Shown one piece after another: positions 50,089-60,305 of a DNA stretch of 64,000 bases. The stretch spans positions 57,305-121,304 of the forward strand of contig CASFTV010000010.1 of assembly GCA_949297765.1 (NCBI GenBank), given 5' to 3'. Below the pieces are notes generated by a model. That model had not been told where the DNA came from, made no database searches, and saw only the letters and a program-made list of their open reading frames with translations. Position 1 is the stretch's first letter; every line of letters starts with the position of its first letter. The stretch comes from an uncultured bacterium. Lineage in GTDB: Bacteria; Verrucomicrobiota; Lentisphaeria; Victivallales; UBA1829. Position numbers and translations under genes: made by a program.

Positions 50089-50906
50089 GAGGGACGGCAG
50101 CGGTTGATCGCGTCGCGGAGCGTGAGGGCCGCCTGACGTGCCGCTTCCGCGAAGTCTTCGCCGGAGGAGGCGTAAATGATTCCGCGCGACGAATTGATGA
50201 TGAGGCCCGTTCCGCTGGCGGTCAGGCCGTTCTTCATGACCTTTTCAAGATCTCCTCCCTGTGCGCCGATGCCGGGGACAAGGAGCGGCGTGTCGCCGAC
50301 GATTCTGCGGATCTCTCCCAGTTCCTCCGGGAAGGTCGCACCCGCCACGAGCAGCGTGTTGCCGTTGTAGTTCCACGGACCGGCGATCAGAGAAGCCACA
50401 TGCTTGTAGAGTTCGATTCCTTCGGCGGTCTTGATCTCCTGAATCTCCTTCGCTCCCGCGTTGGAGGTCCGGCAGAGGACCACGACGCCCTTGTCCGTCC
50501 GGTCGAGAAACGGTTTGATCGCGTCCATGCCCATGTAGGGGTTTACGGTGACGGCGTCCGCCTGATAGCGGTCGAAGGCTTCCCGCGCATACATTCCGGT
50601 GGTTGCGCCGATGTCCGCCCGCTTTGCGTCGAGAATGACCGGGATCTCCGGGTGCTTCTCCTTCAGATACCGCATGGTCAGAAGAAGATCCTCGTCGGCG
50701 GACTGTCCCGCGTAGTAGGCAATCTGCGGCTTGTAGCAGCACACCAGATCCGCCGTGGCGTCGATCAGCGCTTTGTTGAATTCGAAAATCGCATGTCCCC
50801 GTCCGCGGAGGATTTCCGGGAGTTTCCGGAGGTCGGGATCAAGTCCCACGCAGACCAGCGAACCGGAAGTCCGCCAGGCGTTTTCCAGCATGTCCATGAA
50901 TTTCAT
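50085..50906 (-). CDS. pyrF: Orotidine-5'-phosphate decarboxylase
   Basis: CVGLDP, YKPQIAY, ILDAKRADIG, TVNPYMG, LVPGIGAQGG, NSSRGI; likely start 50906. Confidence 0.96.
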   Translation of the reverse strand: MKFMDMLENAWRTSGSLVCVGLDPDLRKLPEILRGRGHAIFEFNKALIDATADLVCCYKPQIAYYAGQSADEDLLLTMRYLKEKHPEIPVILDAKRADIGATTGMYAREAFDRYQADAVTVNPYMGMDAIKPFLDRTDKGVVVLCRTSNAGAKEIQEIKTAEGIELYKHVASLIAGPWNYNGNTLLVAGATFPEELGEIRRIVGDTPLLVPGIGAQGGDLEKVMKNGLTASGTGLIINSSRGIIYASSGEDFAEAARQAALTLRDAINRCRPS

Positions 50907-50941
50907 CGTATCGTCTCCCTTTTTATAATGAGAATGATTTC

Positions 50942-52138
50942 TTACAGTGTCCCGAGTTTGATTCCTGCAATCCCTTTCAGATAGCGGCTTTCCGGAAAAT
51001 TCGCCGCCACTGGATGGTCCGGTCCCTGACTGAGACGGCCGGTGATTCGGAAATCCGCATCCGCGTCGCACGCCGCCGAGTCAATCACTTTGTCGAACAG
51101 CGGCTCCTCCATCGCTCCGGAGCAGGAGAAGGTAAACAGCTTTCCGCCCGGAGAGAGAAGTTTCAGCGCAAGAAGATTGATGTCCTTGTAGGCGCGTGCC
51201 GCCTTCGGCAGCCGGGCGGCGGTCTCCGCAAACTTCGGCGGATCCAGAACGATCAGGTCAAATGTCTTCCCCCGGTCGCGGCACTGACGCAGAAACTGAA
51301 ACACATCCGCCTCCTGCGTCTCGAACCGCTCCGGCGGAATGCCGTTGAGTCCGGCATTTTCCTGTGCAAGCTCCAGCGCGGCGGCAGAGGAGTCCACATT
51401 CAGAACATGTTCCGCTCCTCCGTGAATCGCCGCAAGCCCGAATCCTCCGGTATAGCAGAAGCAGTTCAGCACATTCCGCGCTCCCGCCGCCGCTTCCGCC
51501 ACAGCCCGGCGGCTGCAGCGCTGATCCAGATAAAAACCGGTTTTGTGTCCCGTGCGCGGATTCATCCGGAATCGGACCCCGTTTTCCGTGAAGTCGATGG
51601 TTTCGGGAAGCTCCTCTCCTCCGAGCGGGCCGGTCCGCGGTTCGAGTCCCTCTTTGATCCGGGAGTCGAGATCGGAGCGTTCGTATGCGCCCTTTGCATA
51701 GCGCAGAACGGCGGCGGTCAACTCCGCCCGGTGAAACTCCGCTCCTGCGGAACTCAGCTGGCAGACCGCATAATCGCCATAGAGATCCACCGTTACGCCG
51801 GGCAGTCCGTCGGATTCCGCGTGGATGAGCCGGCAGGCGTCCGGCAGCGTTCCGCCGAAGACCGCTTTGCGCAGTTCAAACGCCCGCTGAAATCTCCGTT
51901 CGAAAAACGAGGCGTCGACCGCCTCGTTCTCCTGGAATGTCCAGACGCGCGCGGCCAGCTGCGATTCCGGAGAGAACGCTCCCCTCGCAAGGAAACGGCG
52001 CTTTGCGTCGCGAATGACAATCTCTCCCCCTTTGTCCGTGTCGCCGCGGACCTCTGCCACCGCTCCCGAAAAAATCCACGGATGGCGGCGCAGAAGGGAT
52101 TTTTCCCGGCCTTCCTTGAGAATGAGTTCCGCTGCCAT
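50942..52138 (-). CDS. rlmI: 23S rRNA m5C1962 methyltransferase-like
   Basis: RHPWIFSGA, ESDGLPG, GHKTGFYLDQR, VLNCFCYTGGF, LDPPKF, TFSCS, YLKG. Confidence 0.9.
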   Translation of the reverse strand: MAAELILKEGREKSLLRRHPWIFSGAVAEVRGDTDKGGEIVIRDAKRRFLARGAFSPESQLAARVWTFQENEAVDASFFERRFQRAFELRKAVFGGTLPDACRLIHAESDGLPGVTVDLYGDYAVCQLSSAGAEFHRAELTAAVLRYAKGAYERSDLDSRIKEGLEPRTGPLGGEELPETIDFTENGVRFRMNPRTGHKTGFYLDQRCSRRAVAEAAAGARNVLNCFCYTGGFGLAAIHGGAEHVLNVDSSAAALELAQENAGLNGIPPERFETQEADVFQFLRQCRDRGKTFDLIVLDPPKFAETAARLPKAARAYKDINLLALKLLSPGGKLFTFSCSGAMEEPLFDKVIDSAACDADADFRITGRLSQGPDHPVAANFPESRYLKGIAGIKLGTL

Positions 52139-53115
52139 CAGAAGAGATCCATCTGGGTCATGGTGTCCGCCGGTTCGGATGCCGCCGGTCCGGGCGCCGG
52201 ATGAAAGGAGAAGAGGGATTCCTCTTCCTCCGCCGGTTGTCCGGAATTCCCCGCGAGTTTGTCGATCTCTTTCCGAATGCTTTTGAGCGACATTCGATCG
52301 GCTATTTCCCGGATTGCGTCAAAATCGGGTTCCGCGCGGCGGAGATTTTCTGCGTTCCAGACCGTTCCCGCGGGCGGATTCCGGTCCAGCAGAACCAGTT
52401 TTCTGTTCCGTTCAAAGCGTTCCGCCGCTCCGGCCAGTTTGTTCCGGAGCGACTCCCGCGCGACCTCGTCAAGACGGGCGAACATCTGTTCCGCCGAACC
52501 GAACTGATTCAGCAGGGAGGCGGCGGTTTTCGGTCCGACCCCCTCCACTCCGGGAATATTGTCGGACGCATCTCCGACGAGCGCCAGATAATCGGCCAGC
52601 TGCGCCGGTTCCACGCCGAATTTCTCCCGGACTTCCTCCACTCCGCGCCGAATCACATCGCCGGCCGGATTCGGAACGAGCATGATGACCCGTTCGTCGA
52701 TGATCTGGGAGATGTCCTTGTCTCCGGAGAAGATTTGGATCTCGTTCTGCGGGAACGCCGCCGCGATCGACGCGATCAGGTCGTCGGCTTCACAGTTGTC
52801 GTGTTCCACCAGACTCCAGCCGAACGCCCGGACCAGATCGCGGATCACCGGGATCTGGAGTCGGAGATCCTCCGGCATCGGCGGCCGGTTTGCCTTGTAA
52901 TCCGGCGCCAGCTCCATCCGGAACGCGGGGCGGCCTTTGTCGAACACGAACGCTCCGCGGTCCGACGGATGTTCCCTGTGCAGTTTAAGCAGGAATTTTG
53001 CCATGGCGAACACGGCGTTCGTCGGGACTCCGTCGGGCGTCGAAAGATACCGCACCGCGTGGTAGCCCCGGTAGATCTGCGCGTAGGAGTCCACCAGCAG
53101 AATCGGAGAATCCAT
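52138..53115 (-). CDS. Stand-alone 5'-3' exonuclease / flap endonuclease (PolA N-terminal domain only)
   Basis: LLVDS, PTNAV, YKANRPPMP, EADDLI, SGDKD, LVGDASDNIPGVEGVGPKTA; ends at 325 aa without a polymerase domain. Confidence 0.92.
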   Translation of the reverse strand: MDSPILLVDSYAQIYRGYHAVRYLSTPDGVPTNAVFAMAKFLLKLHREHPSDRGAFVFDKGRPAFRMELAPDYKANRPPMPEDLRLQIPVIRDLVRAFGWSLVEHDNCEADDLIASIAAAFPQNEIQIFSGDKDISQIIDERVIMLVPNPAGDVIRRGVEEVREKFGVEPAQLADYLALVGDASDNIPGVEGVGPKTAASLLNQFGSAEQMFARLDEVARESLRNKLAGAAERFERNRKLVLLDRNPPAGTVWNAENLRRAEPDFDAIREIADRMSLKSIRKEIDKLAGNSGQPAEEEESLFSFHPAPGPAASEPADTMTQMDLF

Positions 53116-53120
53116 TGTCC

Positions 53121-54767
53121 TCAGTTCCAGTTGAGTACGGATTTGTCGTATTCCGCAGGCGGGAGGAAGCCGAGCAGTTCCGCGCAGGTGCCTGCAATGG
53201 AACTGATGCCCAGACCTTTCCGGAGCTCTTTGGAATACTCGCCTTTCCCGCAGGGATCGAACACCATGCAGGGAACCGGATTGAGCGAATGACTGGTCTT
53301 CCGGCGCGGTTCGCCGTTTTTGTCGAGTTTCACGGCGCCGGTTTTGTCATGTTCATACATGTCGTCGGCGTTGCCGTGGTCGGCGGTGATGACCATGATG
53401 CCGCCCGCTTTCTCCACTGCCTCGCAGAGACGCTGGAGACAGAGATCCAGCGCGCCCATCGAAACCTGAACCGCCTGATAGTTGCCCGTATGGCCGACCA
53501 TGTCGCCGTTCGGGTAGTTGAGACGGATGAAATCATACTTCCCGGATTCGATCGCGGCAATGACGGCGTCGGTGATCTCGGCGCACTGCATCCACGGACG
53601 CTGCTCGAACGGAATGCGGTCGGACGGAATTTCCTGATAGGTCTCCAGCGCATCGCTGAATTTGCCGGAACGGTTTCCGTTGAAGAAGTAGGTGACGTGG
53701 CCGTATTTCTGGGTTTCGCTGATCGCAAACTGGCGGACGCCGCTGCCGCAGAGGTACTCGCCGAGCGTGTCGCTGATCTCCGGCGGATTGACCAGATAGT
53801 TGTTCGGAATGTGGAGGTCGCCGTCGTATTCCATCATGCCGGCGTAGAAGACCTTCGGATTCGGGTTCCGCTCGAATTTGTCGAACGCGGGATCGTCGAA
53901 GGCTTCGCTGATTTCGATGGCGCGGTCGCCGCGGAAATTGAAGTAGATCACCGCGTCGCCGTCCTTCACGGGGCCGAGCGGATCGGTTCCGTTGTCGGAG
54001 ATGACGAACGGCGGAAGATCCTGGTCGATGGCTTTGGTTTCCGCACGCAGGGTCTCAACGGCTTCCTGCGCGGATTTGAAGAAGCGTCCTTTTCCGGCGA
54101 CATGGGTTTCCCAGCCCTTGCGGACCATGTCCCAGTTTGCGCCGTAGCGGTCCATCGTGATGTTCATGCGTCCGCCGCCGGAGGCGATCCGGTAGTCGAA
54201 TCCTCTGGCGTTGATCTCTTTCAGATACTCCTCAAACGGGAGAATGTAGTCGAGCGCGGAGGTCTCGGGCACATCGCGGCCGTCGAGCAGAATGTGGAAG
54301 CGGATTTTCCGGACTCCCTCTTTCTCCGCTTCGGCAACCATTCCCTTCAGGTGGTCGATATGGCTGTGCACATTTCCATCCGAGAAGAGGCCGATGAAGT
54401 GCAGTGTTCCGCCCTTTTTCGCCTCCTCCATCGCTTTTTTCCACGCGGCTCCCTCGAACATTTTTCCGGAGGTGATGGCCTCGGAAACCAGTTTGGCTCC
54501 CTGGGCGAAGACGCGGCCGGCGCCCATCGCGTTGTGGCCAACCTCGGAGTTGCCCATGTCGGCGTCGGACGGCAGGCCGACCGCGGTCCCGTGGGCTTTC
54601 AGTTCCGTGTACGGAATGGTTTTCATCAGCCTATGGAGGAACGGGGAGGGGGAGTCGAGTACGGCGTCGCCCTCCTTGTATTTTCCGATGCCGACTCCGT
54701 CCATGATGGTGAGGACGACCGGTCCTTTTCTTCCCTGAAATTTCGGATTGCGCTGTAACGGCTGCAT
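53121..54767 (-). CDS. gpmI: 2,3-bisphosphoglycerate-independent phosphoglycerate mutase
   Basis: IMDGVG, MGNSEVGH, SDGNVHSH, LDGRD, NFRGDRA, ETQKYGHVT, DMVGHTG, TADHGN; likely start 54767. Confidence 0.96.
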   Translation of the reverse strand: MQPLQRNPKFQGRKGPVVLTIMDGVGIGKYKEGDAVLDSPSPFLHRLMKTIPYTELKAHGTAVGLPSDADMGNSEVGHNAMGAGRVFAQGAKLVSEAITSGKMFEGAAWKKAMEEAKKGGTLHFIGLFSDGNVHSHIDHLKGMVAEAEKEGVRKIRFHILLDGRDVPETSALDYILPFEEYLKEINARGFDYRIASGGGRMNITMDRYGANWDMVRKGWETHVAGKGRFFKSAQEAVETLRAETKAIDQDLPPFVISDNGTDPLGPVKDGDAVIYFNFRGDRAIEISEAFDDPAFDKFERNPNPKVFYAGMMEYDGDLHIPNNYLVNPPEISDTLGEYLCGSGVRQFAISETQKYGHVTYFFNGNRSGKFSDALETYQEIPSDRIPFEQRPWMQCAEITDAVIAAIESGKYDFIRLNYPNGDMVGHTGNYQAVQVSMGALDLCLQRLCEAVEKAGGIMVITADHGNADDMYEHDKTGAVKLDKNGEPRRKTSHSLNPVPCMVFDPCGKGEYSKELRKGLGISSIAGTCAELLGFLPPAEYDKSVLNWN

Positions 54768-54885
54768 AAGTGAATCTCCATGTGTTTGGTTTTCTGATAC
54801 GGGAAATGTACACCCGGAACAGCGATTTTTCAATCGGGAAACGGCACCTTTTTCGGAAATCCGGGCTCTTCGGCGGAGTGGAAGG

Positions 54886-55485
54886 TCAGATCAGGAACAG
54901 CAGATAACTTGCGACAGCCGAGCCGAGCAGCAGCCAGACCGGACTGACCTTCCATTTCAGCGACAGAACCAGCACCGCGGCGAAGATCACACACCCCTGC
55001 CAGCAGAGTCCGAAATGCTCTCCCTTTGTCCAGAGAGTCCGCAGGGGCGCGGTGAAGACGGAGGTCTCGGCAAAGAAGATCACCGCCGCCGCGATCAGTC
55101 CGAGCGTCGCCGGACGGATGCCCGAAAGAAGCGCCTTTACGACCGGATTGTCCTTGAAGATCTGCATGAAATAGGCGATCAGCGTCACGACGATCAGAGA
55201 CGGCGTCATCACTCCGAGCGTCCCGATTACTCCTCCGAGCGCTCCGCCGCCGATTCCGCCGAGTGTGCGCAGTCCGCACTGATACCCGATGTACGTTGCC
55301 GCGTTCAGCCCGACCGGTCCCGGCGTCACCTGCGCCAGCGCAACAAAGTTCGCAAATTCCGCATTCGTCATGAAATGCCAGTTGTTGACCAGCTCCACCT
55401 GGAACAGCGGAATCATCGCATAGCCTCCGCCGAACGTGAAAAGGCCGATCTTCGCAAACAGGAAATACATCTGGAGAAGATTCAT
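54886..55485 (-). CDS. Short-chain chromate transporter (CHR family), second half
   Basis: FAKIGLFTFGGGY, AQVTPGP, GIRPA. Confidence 0.9.
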   Translation of the reverse strand: MNLLQMYFLFAKIGLFTFGGGYAMIPLFQVELVNNWHFMTNAEFANFVALAQVTPGPVGLNAATYIGYQCGLRTLGGIGGGALGGVIGTLGVMTPSLIVVTLIAYFMQIFKDNPVVKALLSGIRPATLGLIAAAVIFFAETSVFTAPLRTLWTKGEHFGLCWQGCVIFAAVLVLSLKWKVSPVWLLLGSAVASYLLFLI

Positions 55486-56069
55486 TTTCCGGCGCCTCCG
55501 GAGGCCTTTTTCAGCCGGAGATACTGAATTCCGCCGAGTCCCAGCCCGACGATCGCCGCACCGATGATCATTCCCACTGCATCCACATCGAACAGCACCA
55601 GCAGCAGGAATCCGAGCAGCGCGATCACAATCGGAATCGTCCCCTTCAGCACGGAGCGCCCCATTTTGATCACGGAAAGCAGGATCAGCGCCGACACCGC
55701 CGCGCGCACGCCGAGAAAAATATGATCCATCGTCTCATTTCCGCTCAGCTGGAACAGCAGCGCCGCGATGGCAATAATCACGATCACCGGCGGCAGCACC
55801 ACCCCGACCGCCGCCGCGAACACTCCCGCCAGTCCGGCGGCCCGCTGTCCGATCAGAATCGCCATGTTCACGGCAATGATCCCGGGGACCGACTGCACAA
55901 TCGCCACCACGTCCACCATCTCCTCTTCCGTGATCCATTTGCGGTCTTCGGAGAACTCCTTGGACATCAGCGGCAGCATGGTCAGCCCTCCGCCGACCGA
56001 CACTGCGGAAATTTTGAAAAACACATGAAACAGAGTCCAGAGACGTCCTTTTTTCTCCTGGTCCGTCAT
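55482..56069 (-). CDS. Short-chain chromate transporter (CHR family), first half
   Basis: FFKISAVSVGGG, VQSVPGIIAVN, GVRAAV. Confidence 0.9.
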   Translation of the reverse strand: MTDQEKKGRLWTLFHVFFKISAVSVGGGLTMLPLMSKEFSEDRKWITEEEMVDVVAIVQSVPGIIAVNMAILIGQRAAGLAGVFAAAVGVVLPPVIVIIAIAALLFQLSGNETMDHIFLGVRAAVSALILLSVIKMGRSVLKGTIPIVIALLGFLLLVLFDVDAVGMIIGAAIVGLGLGGIQYLRLKKASGGAGK

Positions 56070-57082
56070 CCGTTTTCTCCCGTTTTTTCCGACTCCACGC
56101 GGATGGTGTTTTCCGCCTCCCAGAGTTCCCCGGGTTCCAGCGCATGGAGTCCGGTCACCGAATCCGGCAGCGGAAGATTCGGGGAATCCGCCATCCAGCT
56201 CATCGGTTCCGCGCAGAAGAAATCTTCATCGCCGTCCCAGTTCCAGAGCGCTGTCTGGCGGTATTTCCGGTCGAACTCGTAGATGATCCGGATCCCGGAA
56301 ACCGGATACTCCAGCACCGCGCCGAGAAACTCTTTTCCGTCGAGCAGATCCTCTTTCAGCGGAGCCTGCCGCGAGACCGGAACCCGGTTGATGATCTTTC
56401 CCGTGCGGTAGGTGTCGAATCCGTTCCAGGGTAGTTTTTTTCCGGTCGGAGCAAAGCGGACGGCTTTGTCGAATTCCCAGTAGAAGTCCTCCACCGTGAC
56501 CCGGACCGAGCTGGTGCGGTAGGCTTCCGGCGTGCGGACGCCGAGCGGGAAGCGGAACGACGAGTGAAATCCCGCGGCAAACGGCATCGCGGAATCGCCG
56601 ATGTTGGTCACGGAAAGTTTCTGCAGAACCCGGTCCGGCAGAAACGTATACGTCAGCACCACATCCATCTTATGCGGGAATCCCGCGTACATCGAATTCC
56701 GCTCGTCATAGACATAGTGTGTCCGGACAACCGTTTTCTCCTCTTCTTCGGATGCGTCGAGAAATTCCCACGGCTCACGCAGGACCACGCCGTGGATATG
56801 GTTGCCGAAACGGTTGTTGACCGGCAGAGTGTACTGCCGTCCGCGCCACAAGAACTTTCCCTTGTGAATGCAGTTCGGCGGAATCAGAACTGGAAAACCG
56901 TAGATTTCCGGCTGTTTCTTCAGTGCTTCGAGATCCGGCGGTTCGCGCAGAATGTTCAGACCGATTCTCCGGTCGGTCAGCGACAGCATGTTGGAACCGA
57001 CGGAAAGGAGGATTTCCGCTTTCCAGCGGGGAGTCTCAATCAGAAGGAAAGACTCCCCTTCCTTTTGGGTTTGAGTAATCAC
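56066..57082 (-). CDS. Aldose 1-epimerase family protein
   Basis: GFPVLIPPN, NHIHG, GFPH, AGFHSSF, FFCAEP; start uncertain (GTG 57082 preferred over ATG 57154). Confidence 0.85.
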   Translation of the reverse strand: MITQTQKEGESFLLIETPRWKAEILLSVGSNMLSLTDRRIGLNILREPPDLEALKKQPEIYGFPVLIPPNCIHKGKFLWRGRQYTLPVNNRFGNHIHGVVLREPWEFLDASEEEEKTVVRTHYVYDERNSMYAGFPHKMDVVLTYTFLPDRVLQKLSVTNIGDSAMPFAAGFHSSFRFPLGVRTPEAYRTSSVRVTVEDFYWEFDKAVRFAPTGKKLPWNGFDTYRTGKIINRVPVSRQAPLKEDLLDGKEFLGAVLEYPVSGIRIIYEFDRKYRQTALWNWDGDEDFFCAEPMSWMADSPNLPLPDSVTGLHALEPGELWEAENTIRVESEKTGENG

Positions 57083-57498
57083 AATAACAGCTCTCTTTCG
57101 TGCATTGATGGACCGGTGTCCGGAAATACGGACGGGGTGCCCGGAATGGCACATTCCCTCCGGCGGCCATGAATGGCGTTTTCTCCGTTCGGGTCTGGTC
57201 CGTCTTCCAAGTTCCGGAGACCATCCGGTACTATACCCCGGAAACGGGGGAAATACAAGACGGGCGAAAAAAATTCATCCTTTTCTCTCCTCTTTCCGAA
57301 AAGGAATTGTGCGCTTTCAGACGGTTGGGATGGAACAGCGGGGATCATGAAATTGTCCCTTAATATTTTTTTAGGTGAGGCCTTGTCCGGAGCCTTTTCT
57401 TTTCAAAGATTGAAATGCGGTTTGCTTCCGGGTTGGAAAAGGTTTGGATTTTTTCCAGATTTTTCCTGGCAAAAAATCAATAAAAATTTAAAAAGTCC

Positions 57499-57527
57499 TT
57501 GACTTGTAAGTATTTGAGTGTTAAATT
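57499..57527 (+). promoter_or_regulatory. Putative promoter of the XRE gene
   Basis: TTGACT, 17 bp, TGn-TAAATT. Confidence 0.55.
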
Positions 57528-57551
57528 GCTCAACATGGAGGGTTGGTTAAC

Positions 57552-57920
57552 ATGAGTACGAACGACAAGAACCTGATAGAGCTTCTGAGAAATTACATGG
57601 AGGAAAATCATCTTTCATGGACCCAGATTTCGCGTCAACTGGGGGTGACTCAGAACACACTGACCAATTGGAACAAAGGAGGAAAGATCAGTCCGCGGAA
57701 TCGTCGGGCGATCGTTGCTCTGACGTCGGCGCCGGAGCAGAGCTGTTCTGTTCTTGAATGCCGGGCGAGAGACTCCAGCGATCCGATTACAGTGGCGATG
57801 CTGCGCGTCTGGGGCACTCTTTCAGAACGGGATAAAGCCAGAGTTTATATGAATGCGCTCGAATACCGGGACGCTTCCTCCGCAGCCTCCGCTCCCTCGC
57901 AGGACGGTACGGATCTCTGA
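57552..57920 (+). CDS. XRE/Cro-like helix-turn-helix regulator
   Basis: LSWTQISRQLGVTQNTLTNWNKG; GGAGG upstream. Confidence 0.8.
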   Translation: MSTNDKNLIELLRNYMEENHLSWTQISRQLGVTQNTLTNWNKGGKISPRNRRAIVALTSAPEQSCSVLECRARDSSDPITVAMLRVWGTLSERDKARVYMNALEYRDASSAASAPSQDGTDL

Positions 57921-58049
57921 AAATCCGGACAGCTCAGAAAACGGAATCTTTCTCCGCATCTGTTTGTATATCAATCGGATGCGGAGTTTTTTTCGGAATT
58001 CCCCCTCTTTCCGCAAATCATTTTTTTATAAAAATTTCAGTTTCCCCTA

Positions 58050-58104
58050 TTGACATTTCCCGTTTTTGAAGTATAATAGTTAACGTGTTAAGTAAACGTG
58101 TTAA
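58050..58104 (+). promoter_or_regulatory. Consensus sigma70 promoter followed by a tandem operator-like repeat
   Basis: TTGACA 58050, 16 bp, TATAAT 58072; AACGTGTTAA at 58082 and 58095. Confidence 0.75.
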
Positions 58105-58172
58105 ATGCCGCTTCGGGAAAGATGGTTCTGCCGGCGGTTTGATATGGAGTCAACAGGAAAGGAAAAAAGTTC

Positions 58173-60305
58173 ATGAACAGGATGCGGTTTCGATTTTCTC
58201 TTCTCTGTGTTTCACTGGTTTCTCTGTTTTGGGGAGATGTCCTGGCGGAGTCCGGAGGGCGGAGGGAATGGGATTTTTCCCGTCAGGAAGATTCACAGCA
58301 GTGGTCGCGGAGAAATTTCCGTTCGGCCGTTCCGGGAGAGAAAGGGCTGGAACTGGTCAGCGGGAACGACTGCCAGCTTTTGACTGCGGGAAAATTTTCC
58401 GCATCCGATTTCATCGGTTTTGAAGTGACTCTGTCCGCCGACCGCGATTGCGCAGGGCAGATCTTTTTTGCTCTTCCGAAGACAGGATATACCGCCGGAA
58501 ACAGTGTGATGTTCCGCATTCAGGCATCGTCGGAACCCCGGAAATACCGTGTTCTCTGCGCCACGAAACCCGGATGGGGCGGAACTGTCACCGGTCTTCG
58601 TTTTGATCCGGCTGTGGAATCGGGGGTCCGGATCACGCTGCAAAGTCTGCGGCTGCTCCGGCCGGAGTGGACATTCGACAGCGATGCCGCCTGCGCCGGA
58701 TGGTCTCTGCGCGATCTGGAACAGCGGAGTTTCCAAAATGGGGCGCTGAGTTTCCGGAGCGGGCGCGACAGCTCCATCATTTCACCCGATCTCTCCATTC
58801 CGGCGGATCGCTTCGCGTTTTGTGAAATCGTAATGCGTGTCGACCGTCAGGCGCACGGCGAACTCTTTTTCTCCGAGCCGGGGAAAGGATTTGTTCAGAA
58901 ACAGAGTCTCTCTTTCCAGGTCGCGCCCTCCAGCGAGTTCCGCACCTATCGGATTGACTGCCGGCGGAGCCCTTACTGGAAAGGGGTTATTTCCCGTCTG
59001 CGGTTTGATCCTGTCTCCTTTGCGGGAGTGAAGGTGCAGATCCGGTCGCTTCGTCTGCTTTCCGGCGCGGGGGAGGAACTCCTTTCCGCGGAATATGTCG
59101 GCATGCCCGCAGCGGAGCAGCAGGATGATACCGCGTTCCGGCAGCCCACGCTGACCGGAGTTCATCAGAAACCCGCTTCCGGACGGGTGAAACAGCACAA
59201 TCAGCTCGGGAACGATGCGCCGATCCGGACTCTTGAACCGCGTCTTTCCAAAGAGATCGCCGAAGGAAATATTTTCGGCGTTGCCCTGAACGGGGGCGAA
59301 TTTTTTTTTGTAACGCCGGAAATCAAGGGCGCTCAATGGTCCGCATACTGGCTGAATGACGGAGAAAAACTGGCGGGAGACTGCAATACCGTCTTCTCCT
59401 CCGGTATGCACTATACGCCGGAGGCCCAAGAATGGTGCGGCATTGCACTGCCGGAAACAAAAAAAATCCGCCGGGTGGTCCTGCGGCTGCGCAATCGCGG
59501 CAGTCTCTGCGGTTTTCCCATGGATTTTCAGATTCTCCGCAGTTCCGACGGAACATCCTGGGAAACGGTCGCAGATGTGAAAAACTGCCGGACTCTCCCG
59601 TCCGCGGAGGCGGATGCGTTTGTCTTCGAGATGGAGCCGAAGCCTTTGAAACAGCTGAAAATCGTTGCGACCCGTCTGCGTGCGGAAGGCGAGGGGCGGC
59701 ATTACTTCCAGCTTCGCGAGATCGAACTCTACGGCGAGGACGGGGTCAATTATGCCGCTGCGGAAAAGGGCGGAATCGCTTCCGCGGGCAATCCCCTCGG
59801 TGGAAAACAATTCGACTACAAGGAATTTTTCGACGGTATCTTTGCGTGTGGAGCCCAATGGCTGATGGTTTCCAATCAGCATTTTCTTTCTCCGGGGAAA
59901 ACGGGTGTTCCGCCGGTCCGCCGCGCAGAGCTTGCAAATGCGGAGTATCTGCGGAAAAACGGAGTCCGGCTGCTCTATCGTTTTTTTGCGTTTCCGTCGT
60001 TCCGGGAGTTTCAGGCGGCTCCCGGGGAGGTGACGCGCCGGTATGTCGAAGCCCTTTCTCCTGTGGTTGAAATTCTTCGGGGAAACGTATCAATATGGGC
60101 GCTGGCCAATGAACAGAATTTTTTCGGAGACCGCATCACCCCGGCGGAATATCCGGCATACCTGAACTATTATGTGACACTGGTCGGAGCCGCGGCGGAC
60201 CGGATCCGGCAGCTGGAACGTCCGAAGATTTTTTCTTCACCTCAAAACATCTCTAAACAGGAAGATTTGAGCTCAAAAGTGGCGAATTTGGCCGCTTTTA
60301 CATAA
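58173..60305 (+). pseudogene. Secreted modular glycoside hydrolase (two tandem CBM-like domains, F5/8-type domain, start of a clan GH-A-like barrel), probably truncated near 60220
   Basis: Signal peptide; repeated W-x-G-x-[VI]-x-x-LRFDP domains; FPMDFQILRSSDGTSWETV...QLREIELY; IWALANEQN. The last ~25 codons lie in AT-richer DNA and the barrel appears incomplete. Confidence 0.65.

Noticed and set aside
31458-54758. Other long antisense ORFs (31458..33830, 34260..36617, 37425..39503, 42927..44960, 45030..46889, 52998..54758)
   Set aside because: Each lies opposite clearly identifiable genes and has no independent motif support.
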